Of a stretch of DNA of 64,000 nt, positions 44,470 through 56,400 are shown piece after piece (the stretch's first letter is position 1; every line of letters starts with the position of its first letter). The position numbers and the translations under genes are program-made. Source of the DNA: Eledone cirrhosa (lineage: Eukaryota); contig OZ024760.1 in NCBI GenBank assembly GCA_964016885.1, positions 27,156,001-27,220,000 of the forward strand, in the 5' to 3' direction. Under the pieces are notes generated by a model that searched no databases, was not told where the DNA came from, and was given only the letters and a program-made list of their open reading frames with translations.

Positions 44470-44850
44470 CATCATCATCATCATCATCATCATCAACGTT
44501 TAACGTCCGTGTTCCACGCTTGCATGGGTTTGGACAGGGGTTTTCCCACTTGAGGCAAGAGTGATTGTCTTGCTCGCATAGGACTATCTGGCGGGTTTTC
44601 TACAGCTGGATGCCCTTCCTAACACCAACCACATTTACAGTGTGGGGCTGGGAGGTTTTTACCGTGTTGCCTACACGGCCACATTACAGCGTGGACTGTG
44701 TCTACACGATCTCATTTGTTTCGGCCTGGATGTTGTGGCACCAACATAACTTTACATTGAAGGGGCGGTGTGGGTGGGGTGGGGGTGGGGGGTGTATTTT
44801 GTTAGAGATGCCTACTGGCTGTAGTAGGTTTTACTTTGTATTTAGGTACA
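44470..44850 (-). mobile_element. RTE LINE 3' UTR fragment with (ATG)n tail
   Basis: Homologous to 56401-56790. Confidence 0.8.
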
Positions 44851-44934
44851 TATATATATATATATAAAATAAACACATGAAACAATCACAGGGATTGTGT
44901 CATGTGTTTATTTTATATATATATATATATATAT

Positions 44935-45327
44935 CCAGGGAGTGTAACTTGGAGTTACTGTAGGTTCACCCGGGTGAGCACTCGATGTTTAGGTTCACTT
45001 CAGTGTCGAGGTGTAGAGCTAGACAGAGTGTATTATAGTGAAATAAGATAACAAGGACGATTGGTTACTCCTTCATTACGTTTATTGGTTGGTGACGCGC
45101 GTTTCACCACTGACCAGCTCTAGATTCGATCTGTATCGATCTGACCTGACTCTGTTAATGGAAGAATTCTTCCATTAACATTACAAGAGGTCTGACGAGC
45201 CGCGGATTACAGAGTCAGGTCAGATTGATACAGATCGAACCTTGAGCTGGTCAGTGGTGAAAGGCGCGTCACCAACCAATAAACGTAATGAAGGAGTAAC
45301 AAATCGTTCTTGTTATCTTATTTAACA
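44935..45327. mobile_element. Fold-back element with hammerhead and minus-strand GAGTGC tail
   Basis: Arms about 45040-45155 and 45208-45325, with a perfect inner palindrome at 45153-45180. Confidence 0.75.
45189..45273 (+). ncRNA. Type I hammerhead motif, GUC site
   Basis: GGT-CTGACGA-GCCGC...GTGGT-GAAA-gGCGC-GTC-ACC. The opposite arm retains GAAACGCGCGTC (palindrome ACGCGCGT). Confidence 0.7.
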
Positions 45328-45445
45328 TTATATATATATATAATTATATATTTAAAGGTTAAACAAGGTTCAATGAATAAATCAAAGAATGAGTTTTACA
45401 ATAGATTGGAAGCACTCAACAGAAATTGTTTTCCGGAGTTATTAA

Positions 45446-45722
45446 TATTAATTCAAAATATTAACAAAAATAGACATTCGTGTGATCAAGTATATTTTAT
45501 TATACATATTTCAGAGGTACTGAGCTATCTTCAACAAGATTTAGTCATGGTAGTCTACCATGACTAAATCTTAACCATCTACTAAGTCAGGGTATGTCAT
45601 GCATCATCTTATTTTATCTGATGAGGACGTACTGTTGAAGTTAGCTCAGTACCTCTGAAATATGTATAATAAAATATACTTGATCACACGAATGTCTATT
45701 TTTGTTAATATTTTGAATTAAT
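45446..45722. mobile_element. Fold-back element with hammerhead
   Basis: Arms about 45446-45537 and 45631-45722, with an inner hairpin at 45536-45572. Confidence 0.75.
45610..45676 (+). ncRNA. Type I hammerhead motif, AUA site
   Basis: TATTTTAT-CTGATGA-GGacGTACTG...CAGTACctct-GAAA-TATGTA-TA-ATAAAATA, with an 8-bp stem I. Confidence 0.7.
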
Positions 45723-46112
45723 ATATATATATACGATATTAAATAAATGGAAACTATATTTATAAAACCATATTTATTTCATTATATATATTTCAGGGAT
45801 ATCATATTAAAAATATGTTATGCCTTCTTCAGACAAAATACAATATAAACAGTCTTATAAATAGATAGATTCGACATACCTTTCAACTTCGACTTCTATT
45901 TGAAAAGTTGATTTGGTAGTGAAAAAATATTAGGGACAGTTATAAAAAGAAAGAAAGAAAAACGAAGAAAAAGAAGAAATGCATGCAACTAAATAGAGAG
46001 AGATAGATATAGAGAGATAGATAGAGAGAAGAAATTCATGTAAAGAAACAGAGAGAGATATATAGAGAGAGGAAAAAACACAGAGGGAGATAGATAGAGA
46101 GAGAGAGAGAAG

Positions 46113-46157
<45 letters not shown>

Positions 46158-46199
46158 TATAGAGAGATAGATATAGATATAGATAGAGAGAAAGAAACT

Positions 46200-46397
46200 G
46201 GATATTCAACGGCTTGGAATATAGTCTCAAGAGGGATTCCTTTTAATTCATCCTCTGAGACATGTGACCTCTGCGCGGAGGAGATATTCTTTATACTAAA
46301 ATCTAAAAATTCCCTTAATTTACGGACAAATTTATTCAGTTGCTGCAGACATAGATTGAACTCAACTTTTAAATATAAATATAAATTTAAAATGTAG
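46200..46397 (+). pseudogene. Penelope-like GIY-YIG endonuclease C-terminal fragment
   Basis: WNIVSRGIPFNSSSETCDLCAEEIFFILKSKNSLNLRTNLFSCCRHRL shows the W..CxLC..E..LNxR..CRH pattern also seen near 2800 and 8400. Confidence 0.8.
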
Positions 46398-47744
46398 TAT
46401 ATTTAATTTGATTTATAATTATTTATGAAACTCGCCGATAAATCTTTCGATTCCTTTTTATTTTAAACATTCTTCATGAATAATTAAACTACCCTAAAAG
46501 CTGATGCTCCAAATATATCGAATAAATTTTACACTAGATAAACTTCTATATTAAATATAAGACCATCTGTAGATCAAATGGGTATCCTAAACTTTTGGAA
46601 TGTTTTCTGCTAGACAGGATTTGGTAAATAATTTTTGGTTTTGTTTGCTTTTGATTCTGATGCTTATAACGAACTTGGCAATATATTGTCAATTAACTGT
46701 GAAGGGTTGATCTCTGTGGTTGATTTGCGGGGCATACTATGTTTTATTTTTATTTTAATATTTTTAATATTTTTAATATTTTTATTTTTAATATTTTTTT
46801 GATTTTTTGTTTTTTATTTACTTTTTGTTTCTGATATTTTTTATTGATATATTGATATCTGTTCTCTATTTATGCTTGAACGATAATCATGTAGAGTAAA
46901 GACATGAATAGTATTGTTAAAATTAATGTAGACTCTATATATATTTGTGTGTATGTACACATATATGTATACTTAAATTTTTATAGCACAATGAGAATGT
47001 TTTCGTGTGAAATAGGAATTTGCAGAGATGATCACGTAAATTCACATGGATGTATATAGTATAAAATCTGGGATAACCTTCTATTTTATCTCAACTCTAA
47101 TATAAACCTAGGAATTTTAAACTAGTCATATGATCATTATTTTTCACACATTATTGATATGTGTCTCATTCATGAATATTTACATTATAATGCCTGTTTT
47201 ATACAAATTGATATTTTTTACATTGATGAAACATAGTGTTTTAAATCTGCCTCGTTTTTGTCTGGATATTTTTCTTTTCTCTCTATGTAACGGCTGTTTT
47301 CTCTCTTAACCACATATATCTCTCTCTACATTAATACTAGAGCTAAATAAATAAATAAATAAATATATCATTGATACGTCATTCAACTGGTGCCCAACTA
47401 CCTAGTTTCTTTCTCTCTATCTATATCTATATCTCTCTCTCTATATTTTCTCTCTCTCTCTCTCTCTCCTCTCTTCTCTCTCTCTCTATCTATCTCCCTC
47501 TGTGTTTTTTCCTCTCTCTATATATCTCTCTCTCTGTTTCTTTACATGAATTTCTTCTCTCTATCTATCTCTCTATATCTATCTCTCTCTATTTAGTTGC
47601 ATGCATTTCTTCTTTTTCTTCGTTTTTCTTTCTTTCTTTTTATAACTGTCCCTAATATTTTTTCACTACCAAATCAACTTTTCAAATAGAAGTCGAAGTT
47701 GAAAGGTATGTCGAATCTATCTATTTATAAGACTGTTTATATTG

Positions 47745-47810
47745 TATTTTGTCTGAAGAAGGCATAACATATTTTTAATATGATATCCCTGAAATATATA
47801 TAATGAAATA
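47745..47810 (+). ncRNA. Type I hammerhead motif (inverted copy at 45775-45840, minus strand)
   Basis: TATTTTGT-CTGAAGA-AGG...CCT-GAAA-TATATA-TA-ATGAAATA, with stem I extended by TATTTATAAGAC/GTTTTATAAATA. Confidence 0.7.
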
Positions 47811-47937
47811 AATATGGTTTTATAAATATAGTTTCCATTTATTTAATATCGTAAATATACTCCAAATACTTGTTGAGTGCTTTTATATCAGTTATAAATA
47901 TTTACTCGTTGTTAACCCAACAATTTAAATAAAACTT

Positions 47938-47975
<38 letters not shown>

Positions 47976-47983
<8 letters not shown>

Positions 47984-48122
47984 TAGAGTTGGTAATAGGA
48001 AAAGAGTCAGGATCTAGCTGTCGAAGTCCTGGCTCTTTCCCTATTACCCACTCTACTACCCTAAGTATTGAGTACTATGGTGCGTTATGGTCCATCTTGT
48101 TTCTTACCACACTTTCTTTGTT
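47976..48122 (+). mobile_element. Short fold-back plus GAGTAC 3' tail (same family as 52793-52990)
   Basis: GGGTAGTAGAGTTGGTAATAGG is inverted to CCTATTACCCACTCTACTACCC. The tail is homologous to 52908-52990. Confidence 0.65.
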
Positions 48123-48136
48123 ATATATATATATAT

Positions 48137-48491
48137 ATCATCATCATCATCATTTTACGTCCACTTTTCCCTGCTTGCAAGGGTGGGACAGGAACTGATT
48201 CTGGCTTGATTTCTACAGCTGGATGCCCTTCCAACCTAACACCAACCTCCTTTACAGTGAGTGGTGGGTGCTTTTTTGCCGTGGTACCTCCATGGCCACT
48301 TTGCAGTGGAATGATATGGACCCCAGTCCCTATCATCTCATTTCTACAGCTGAGTAAACTGGAGCAATGTGAAATAAAGTGTCTTGCTCAAGGAAAAAAC
48401 ACATCACCCGGTCTGAGAATTGAACTCACAACCTTTCGATTGCAAGGCCAATGCTCTAACCAATGCTCTAACCACTAATCCATGTGCGTCC
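48137..48491 (-). mobile_element. CORE-type SINE
   Basis: Matches 36159-36500, with a 12-bp duplication in the head. Confidence 0.85.
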
Positions 48492-48569
48492 ACGTATGTA
48501 TATATAAATATATATATCATCATCATCATCATTTTACGTCCGCTTTTCCCTGTTTGCAAGGGTGGGACG

Positions 48570-48606
<37 letters not shown>

Positions 48607-48776
48607 TAGTATATTTACCAACATATGCGTACAGATGTACACTAATGCTGGCAAATACATAAGTTATGTCATAGTACCTAGGTGGTTCTATGCAGTGGGA
48701 TGCAGAACAATTATATGAAAGACGTAAAATAAGAAAATTTTAAAAATTAAAAATTAACTTACTTACTAAAATTTTC

Positions 48777-48858
48777 ACTCCAACTAATTAGTTTCTGTAA
48801 TGGGATAAAGATAGTTACGCAATGTAGCCATCGAGAATTCATTACGTCATCAGGGAGT
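48777..48858 (-). ncRNA. Type I hammerhead motif, GUU site
   Basis: ACTCC-CTGATGA-cGTAATG...CATTACa-GAAA-CTAATTAG-TT-GGAGT. Confidence 0.8.
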
Positions 48859-49299
48859 CTATTCTCAGCTAAGTCCCCAGGCAATGCGCGGACACTAGGG
48901 ACTCATATAAAAATAATAATTCGATGGATGGAACAGCTAGCGGGGACTAAATTCCATAGCACTGAAAAGTTCACTGTCTCTGGTCAAGTGGCAGATTCTA
49001 AAGAATCAATCATGTGACACTGAGGCTAGTTAGTAGGAGTGGGATGGTATTATGACAAGAGCCTACTACCACTACTATGAATTAGCAGTGGATTTGGCAA
49101 GTTTGCTCAACAAATAAATAATTTGGAGATAAATATAGAGAATTAGTATATTTACCAGCATATGCGTACAGATGTACACTAATGCTGGCAAATACATAAG
49201 TTATGTCATAGTACCTAGGGGGATGCAGAACAATTATATGAAAGACGTAAAATAAGAAAATTTTAAAAATTAAAAATTAACTTACTTACTAAAATTTTC

Positions 49300-49380
49300 A
49301 CTCCAACTAATTAGTTTCTGTAATGGGATAAAGATAGTTACACAATGTAACCATCGAGAATTCATTACGTCATCAGGGAG
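49300..49380 (-). ncRNA. Type I hammerhead motif (tandem copy)
   Basis: Same motif as 48777-48858, with stem I CTCC/GGAG. Confidence 0.75.
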
Positions 49381-49385
49381 AATAG

Positions 49386-49467
49386 ACTCCCTGATGACGT
49401 AATGAATTCTCGATAGTTATATTGTGTAACTATCTTTATCCCATTACAGAAACTAATTAGTTGGAGT
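49386..49467 (+). ncRNA. Type I hammerhead motif (inverted copy)
   Basis: ACTCC CTGATGA CGTAATG...CATTACA GAAA CTAATTAG TT GGAGT read directly on the plus strand. Confidence 0.8.
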
Positions 49468-49523
49468 GAAAATTTTAGTAAGTAAGTTAATTTTTAATTT
49501 TTAATATTTTCTTATTTTACGTC

Positions 49524-49597
<74 letters not shown>

Positions 49598-49811
49598 ATA
49601 CTTGGGGAGGGTCATATTTGTGTAATATTGCCAGAATTAATAACAGAACACACTCACTGTTTGGTTGGTTTTCGCTTCTCGCTCTCTTTTATATATATAG
49701 TTTCCATTTATTTAATATCCTTGAATACTTACTCCAGAAATCTGTCGAGTGCTCTGAATCAGTTATAAACATCTATATTTGTTGGATTTCCAACAAATTA
49801 AATATCTCTTC

Positions 49812-49898
<87 letters not shown>

Positions 49899-49899
49899 G

Positions 49900-49988
<89 letters not shown>

Positions 49989-49990
<2 letters not shown>

Positions 49991-50337
49991 AGGCACATGG
50001 CTCAGTGGTTAGAGCATTGCCCTTGCAATCGAAAGGTTGTGAATTTCAATTCTCAGACCGGGTGATGTGTTGTTTCCTTGAGCAAGACACTTTATTTCAC
50101 ATTGCTCCAGTTTACTCAGCTGTAGAAATGAGATGATAGGGACTGGGGTCCATATCATTCCACTGCAAAGTGGTCGTGGAGGTGTCACAGAAAAAAAGCG
50201 CCCAGCACTCACTGTAAATGAGGTTGGTGTTAGGAAGGGCATCCAGCTGTAGAAATCGAGCCAGAATCAGTTCCCGTCCCACCCTTGCAAGCAGGGAAAA
50301 AGCGGACGTAAAATGAAATGATGATGATGATGATGAT
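49989..50337 (+). mobile_element. CORE-type SINE, full length
   Basis: tRNA-like head with A/B boxes, CORE-like body and GGACGTAAAATGAAATGATGATG tail. Confidence 0.85.
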
Positions 50338-50654
50338 ATGTACATTATATTTTTTACAAAGACTATCAGCGTCTTTAGATATTGATTGCATCAGGGTCAA
50401 CAAGTTTGTGTGTGTTTTAGTGTGTGCCTGTGTGTGTTTTAGTGTGTGTGTGTGCCTGTGTGTGTGTTTTAGTGTGTGTGTGTGTGTGCGTGTGTGTATG
50501 TGTGTGCCCTTCACTGCTTGGTGACCTTTTATATACTAAGTCAGTAGCAGACCTTCCTAGCTGATATAGTATTTCTGCTATCTATGAAATGTAGACACAC
50601 CAGGCAGTAGCTCTGTCTGTAGAACATTCTAGTTTAGTGCAGGAAAATTATGTT

Positions 50655-50960
50655 GTCTTCTTCTTCTTACTCTTGCTCAATGAGGCCGGGGCCACCCTAA
50701 GCCAGTGACCCCAAAACATCGTCGTGGGCAGAGCCAACTAGGTCCACCAGCACCCTCCATCGCTGGCAGTTCCATGCCAGCTTCCCTGCATCCTCCAAGG
50801 TGAAGATGAGCCTCCAGAGATCTTCCCTGATGATATGCAGCCATCTGGTGTGGGGCCTGCAGCCATCGGGTCAAATGAGAGTAAGGCCCTGGAAAGATTA
50901 TTTGGTGGAAAGCGGAGGACAGGTTTGTATCAGAGCATGCGGCTGATAGTTATGAGGCAG
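50655..50960 (-). mobile_element. Old RTE-like LINE 3' fragment
   Basis: Minus-strand RPHTRWLHIIREDL..TLEDAGKLAWNCQRWRVLV and a short (AAG)n tail. Confidence 0.6.
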
Positions 50961-51084
50961 GAAACTATGGGCTGATGCTTGCATGCATGCAACACTTTGT
51001 TAGAAACGTAGTGGCCCCATCTGATGTTTTTCATGGTCCTCAGGGCTCAGCTATCGAAGCTTTCAAATCCTCTTTGCCAGATAC

Positions 51085-52100
51085 ACCACAACTTCTTTCC
51101 ATAACATGGAAGTGGGAAATTATAACACACATAACCCTATCAGTGAAGCCCTTTAGTATAGGTCAACTGGGAAATTATAACACACATAACCCTATCAGTG
51201 AAGCCCTTTAGTATAGGTCAACTGGGAAATTATAACACACATAACCCTATCAGAACAACTATTAGGGCCATTAACCCTTTAATGTTCAAATCGGCCAAAA
51301 CCGGCTAGAATTCTCTACCTCTTTCTGTTGAAACTGGCTGTAACTGGTCACTCAAACTGATGTTAAGGTATTGTTCTCAAAATAAATACTTTCAAAATCT
51401 CATAGATTCAACATTATGTGAGATAATTATGCGAGGTAAAGCCTTTACCATGAAAATATAATAGTATATATAGAGTAATGTAAATGCTAAAGGGTTAATA
51501 TTTATTAAGCACTATTCCAAAGATTCACAACTTCTTTCCATAACATGGAACTGGGAAATTATAACACACACAACCCTATCAGTGAAGCCCTTTAGTATAG
51601 GTCAACTAACAGAAAATTGTATTACGGTTATGAAAACAATTCTAAATAAGCCTACAAGGTATGTGGCCCGCGATGACCGTTTTAAATTTTTACCTTGTAG
51701 GCTTATTTAGAATTCTTTTTCGTAACCCTAATACAATTTTTTGTTAGTTGACCTATACTAAAGGGCTTCACTGAAAGGGTTATGTGTGTTATAATTTCCC
51801 AGTTCACCTATACTAAAGGGATTCACTGATAGGGTTATGTGTGTTATAATTTCCCAGTTCACCTATACTAAAGGGATTCACTGATAGGGTTGTGTGTGTT
51901 ATAATTTCCCAGTTCACCTATACTAAAGGGCTTCACTGATAGGGTTGTGTGTGTTATAATTTCCCAGTTCACCTATACTAAAGGGCTTCACTGATAGGGT
52001 TGTGTGTGTTATAATTTCCCAGTTCCATGTTATGGAAAGAAGTTGTGGTGAATCTTTGGAATAGTGCTTAATAAATATTAATGGCCCTCATAGTTGTTCC
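51085..52100. repeat. Fold-back with 55-bp tandem units in both orientations
   Basis: Unit AACTGGGAAATTATAACACACATAACCCTATCAGTGAAGCCCTTTAGTATAGGTC at 51110-51253, and five inverted copies at about 51750-52025. Arms about 51253-51660 and 51693-52100. Confidence 0.8.
51275..51494. mobile_element. piggyBac-type MITE (220 bp)
   Basis: TTAA-CCCTTTA...TAAAGGG-TTAA. The paired arm at about 52070-52100 has a single TTAA (empty site). Confidence 0.8.
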
Positions 52101-52792
52101 AATGTTCAAAAGTGACCCACCAATGGAATATGTTGCACACCCCTGTTATATACACACTTTCAAAACAGTTGGGTCGTTAATGATCTGATTCGAGATAAAG
52201 TTTTGGCTGCTATTTCTAGCAGGTCGAGCGATCACTTATACACGCCTTCGTCAATATTTTTGGGAGGGGCAGTGGAAGATGTTTAAGTTTGATGACGTTG
52301 GCAGCTTTCCTCCCAACCTCATCCATTATTTTATCTGTTCATTGGACATTTTTTTTATTTTTAAACTCGTGTTTAACGCATTTTTCGCATGTTTAAATCC
52401 CATCTGCCAAGACAGGATGTCCATTCATCTACATTGCTATTTAACAAGCTTTTAACAACACGCTCACGAGGGAAGGAAGGGGACACTATGTGGTCACTCA
52501 CTCTGCTAAAAATAGCAGCCAAATATCCCTGAAATTACAGGAGGAACTTGCAACGCGTACATTATATCTAGAAGGTGTGTGTGTGTGTGTGTGGGGGGGG
52601 GGGGCTATATAATATAATACGCCTACACACACACATATATATATATTCATTCCTCCGAATGAAACAGTTCTAGTCCTGTAGAAGCCATTTCTATATTCTA
52701 TATATATATATATATGAAAATATTCAGGACCCCGACGGCTGAGCTACGGTCTTTTGGATAACTAGTTCCGAATATATATATATATATATATA

Positions 52793-52987
52793 TGAAAAAG
52801 TATGACCCCGACGGCAGAGTTCTAGCCGTTTCGACGGCTATTTCTGGACGTCCAGAAATAGCCGTCGAAACGGCTTGAGCTCTGCCGTCGGAGTCATACT
52901 TTTTTTCCTATTTCCCACTCTACTACCCTAAGTATTGAGCACTCCCGTGCGTTATGGTCAATCTGGTTCCTTACCACAATTCCTTTG

Positions 52988-52990
<3 letters not shown>
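52793..52990 (+). mobile_element. GC-rich fold-back plus 3' tail in (TA)n
   Basis: ATGACCCCGACGGCAGAG...CTCTGCCGTCGGAGTCAT palindrome centred on GGACGTCC, followed by the ACTC..TTGAGCAC tail. Confidence 0.7.
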
Positions 52991-53028
<38 letters not shown>

Positions 53029-53114
53029 GGTATATTTGAAATTCTTAGAAAATGTAGGAATTTGAAACGTAGAAAATAAATAATTGTAACCACAATCGAT
53101 TGCAATAAAAGCGG

Positions 53115-53171
<57 letters not shown>

Positions 53172-53435
53172 ATGCGTGTGTGTGTGTGTGTGTGTCACTA
53201 GATCTGCTAGAAATAGCAGGCAAAGTATTTCTCAAATTATATCCCCCTTAGTGTCTTAAGAAAACCGGATATATTTGATAATGTGGTCCGGGGTACATTG
53301 TTTCAAATAAAAAAGACGGAATGGTCATAGTTGGATTGTTTTTGATCATAGATATACTCAATCGTGACCGACTAGAAAATATACAAATTGCAAACGATGC
53401 TTTTTCTTCATTATAGAACGATTCTTGCAACTATT

Positions 53436-53541
53436 TTCAAATCCCGCCGAGGTTAACTTTGCCTTTCATCCTTACGGGGTCGATAAAATAAAGTACCAGT
53501 AATGTACTGGGTAATTGCTGGCCTTGTCCAATAGTAGAAAC

Positions 53542-53546
<5 letters not shown>
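53436..53546 (+). mobile_element. 5'-truncated Meta-like SINE
   Basis: Matches the 3' half of 4067-4253. Confidence 0.8.
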
Positions 53547-53579
<33 letters not shown>

Positions 53580-53686
53580 AATATAGAAATGGCTTCTACA
53601 GGACTAGAACTGTTTCATTCGTAGTGTATAATAATAATAATTATGAAAACCAAAATCCGAAGACGGCTCGATAAGGGTTGTATACT

Positions 53687-53717
<31 letters not shown>

Positions 53718-53749
53718 AGTATATATAAACTCGTAGAGCAAATATTTAC

Positions 53750-53853
53750 TATTAGTACAGATTAAAGTTTAACCAAAGAATTTCTTATTTCTGAAAATCG
53801 TGTAATAGGGTGAAAGCAGAAATTCTTTGCTTAAACTTTAATCTGTACTAATA
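53750..53853. repeat. Short fold-back in (TA)n
   Basis: TATTAGTACAGATTAAAGTTTAA...TTAAACTTTAATCTGTACTAATA, with a related piece at 54735-54805. Confidence 0.6.
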
Positions 53854-54452
53854 ATATATATATATATACACAGGAGGATAGCTAGATCTGCTAGAAGTAG
53901 CAACCAAATTTCTCCTAAATAACGCCCTATTAGATTAAAAATGGACAGGTCAGTGTACCGTGGCCCTAGAAACACTCAGACAGACACGCACGTATAAAAG
54001 ACGGAATGGGTCTAGTTGGAAATTCCGCTGATCATAGCAAGTTTCGATCAAAGTTGATCTAGGGGTGATAAAACAACTTTGTATATAAACCAGAATGCAA
54101 TAAAATAGGAATAGCCTAAGCAATAAATCAAAATTAAAAGAAAGAGAAAAAATGACGAAGTTAATCATTTATGAATTACATATATTCTCTCAGTTTCGTT
54201 ACCTTATATAATTCGTTTCGTTCAGTTTATCTAAAATTTGATTAAAAAAAATAGTTTCGCTTCGTTTATTATGTATGCGTGCGTGTGTAAGTAAGTACCT
54301 GAAGATCAGATCACAATTTTGATCTCTCTTACATTCTGGCCCTTGAAACCTTAGGTAGCGCTTCTACCAAACTCGTCCCATGGACTGAGTGCTCTGCCAC
54401 TACGGATATAACCCTCCAGTGTTCTACTATTATATATATATATATAATATAT

Positions 54453-54706
54453 ATCATCATCATCATCATCATCATTTTACATCCACTTTTCCCTGCTTGC
54501 AAGGGTGGGACGGGAACTGATTCTGGCTTGATTTCTACAGCTAGATGCCCTTCCTAACACCAACCTCATTTACAGTGAGTGCTGGGTGCTTTTTTACCGT
54601 GGCACCTCCACGAACACTTTGCAGTGGAATGATAGGGACCCCAGAATTGAACTCACAACCTTTCAATTGCAAGGCAAATGCTCTAACCACTAAGCCATGG
54701 GCCTCC
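54453..54706 (-). mobile_element. CORE-type SINE, internally deleted (CORE missing)
   Basis: Head and tail match 36159-36500, joined at CCCAG/AATTG. Confidence 0.8.
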
Positions 54707-54829
54707 ATATATATATAAATTATTTATTATAAGTAAAGATTAAGGTTTAAGCAAAGAATCGTTGCTTTCACCCTTCGGATTTTAGTCTTCACACCTATTA
54801 TTACTATATATATATATATATACAAACAT

Positions 54830-54860
<31 letters not shown>

Positions 54861-55177
54861 GGTTTAGCGTCCGTGTTCCACGCTTGCATGGGTTTGGACG
54901 GGGGTTTTCCCACTTGAGGCAAGATATATATCATATATATATGATATATATCATATATATATCATATATATATGATATATGTGTGTCTATATATATATAT
55001 GATATATGTGTGTGTATATACATATGATATATGTGTGTGTATATATATATGATATATGTGTGTGTATATGATATGTGTGTGTATATATATATGATATATG
55101 TGTGTATATATATATGATATTATATATGTATATATATGATATTATATATGTGTATATATATATATATATGATATGGT

Positions 55178-55574
55178 GGAGGCACATGGCTTAGTGGTTA
55201 GGGCATTGGGCTTGCAATTGAAAGGTTGTGAGTTCAATTCTCAGACCGGGTGATGTGTTGTTTCCTTGAGCAAGACACTTTATTTCCCATTGCTCCAGTT
55301 GACTCAGCTGTAGAAATGAGATGATAGGGACTGGGGTCCATATCATTCCACTGCAAAGTGGTCGTGGAGGTGCCACGGCAAAAAAGCACCCAGTCCACAC
55401 TGTAAAGTCGACGTGTTAGGTGCCACGGAAGAAAAGCACCCAGCACTCACTGTAAATGAGGTTGGTTTTAGGAAGGGCATCCAGCTGTAGAAATCAAGCC
55501 AGAATCAGTTCCCGTCCCACCCTTGCAAGCAGGGAAAAGTGGACGTAAAATGAAATGATGATGATGATGATGAT
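55178..55574 (+). mobile_element. CORE-type SINE with a duplicated ~54-bp segment
   Basis: Matches 49989-50337 with two GCACCCAG..CACTGTAAA units. Confidence 0.85.
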
Positions 55575-55772
55575 ATATGTGTATATATATACATATTATA
55601 CATGTGTATATATATATAGATATATATATATATATACACATGTATAATATGATATATATATCAATGATATTAATAAATGATAATGATATATATAATGATA
55701 TATATATATAATGATAATGATATATATATCAATGATATTAATAAATGGAAACTATATTAATAAAACCATATT

Positions 55773-55833
55773 TATTTTATTATATATATTTCAAGGGTAC
55801 CAAAATTTTGGTATGCTCTCATCAGATAAAATA
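55773..55833 (-). ncRNA. Type I hammerhead motif (family related to 47745)
   Basis: Minus strand TATTTTAT-CTGATGA-GAG..ACCAAAATTTTGGT..CTT-GAAA-TATATA-TA-ATAAAATA. Confidence 0.7.
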
Positions 55834-56032
55834 CAAAATTTGTTTTATAAATATTGACATAACCAAGAAACCAGACCTTATTGGTTGAGGTTCAGTTTGG
55901 ATAGTTTTAATATCATTAATATCATTGATATTATACTCCAGAAAACTTGTAGAGTGCTTTGAATCTGTTATAAATAAAGTTGTTGAATAACCAACAAATT
56001 AAATATCTCTTTGCTTATATATATATATATAT

Positions 56033-56393
56033 ATAAAGAAGAAATTAAAAGATGGTTAAAAGAGTTCCATATATTTTATTATGCGCATTTCGAATACAAA
56101 ATCATCCTGGGACAAAAATTGTGTTCTCATCAGATAAAATAAGGTAACATGATATGAGGCATAATAGCACTTGTTTACAGGAAAGTGCTAAGTCTACATA
56201 TCATGATGAGAACACAATTTTTGTCCCAGGATGATTTTGTATTCGAAATGCGCATAATAAAATATATAGAACTCTTTTAACCATCTTTTAATTTCTTCTT
56301 TATTATATATACTCCACTTCTACCAACTGTTGAGTGCTACTTATCTGATATATGCTTAGTTTTATTGTTCTACAATATTACTCACCTTCTACA
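56033..56393. mobile_element. Fold-back element with hammerhead and GAGTGC tail
   Basis: Arms 56033-56132 and 56204-56304, with the tail at 56310-56393 ending in (TA)n. Confidence 0.8.
56072..56141 (-). ncRNA. Type I hammerhead motif, AUA site
   Basis: Minus strand TATTTTAT-CTGATGA-GAAcACAA...TTGTaTTC-GAAA-TGCGCA-TA-ATAAAATA, with the palindrome ATGCGCAT. Confidence 0.75.
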
Positions 56394-56400
56394 TATATAT

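Larger units (their letters stand above)
45733..47941 (+). mobile_element. 5'-truncated Penelope-like element: inverted pseudo-LTR, GIY-YIG tail, 3' UTR, pseudo-LTR and 3' extension
   Basis: 45733-46199 is the reverse complement of about 47403-47853. GIY-YIG C-terminus at 46200-46397; flanked by (TA)n. Confidence 0.8.
48603..49532. mobile_element. Non-coding element with partial tandem repeat plus fold-back, carrying three hammerheads
   Basis: Direct repeat 48603-48857 / 49140-49380 and inverted arm 49387-49532, flanked by (TA)n. Confidence 0.8.

Noticed and set aside
49989-50062. tRNA gene
   Set aside because: The A/B boxes belong to a SINE head that continues into CORE and RTE-like tail sequence; no complete cloverleaf is supported.
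52860-52885. Hammerhead at GTCGAAACGGC
   Set aside because: No upstream CTGANGA and no clear stem III/NUH; at most a truncated half.
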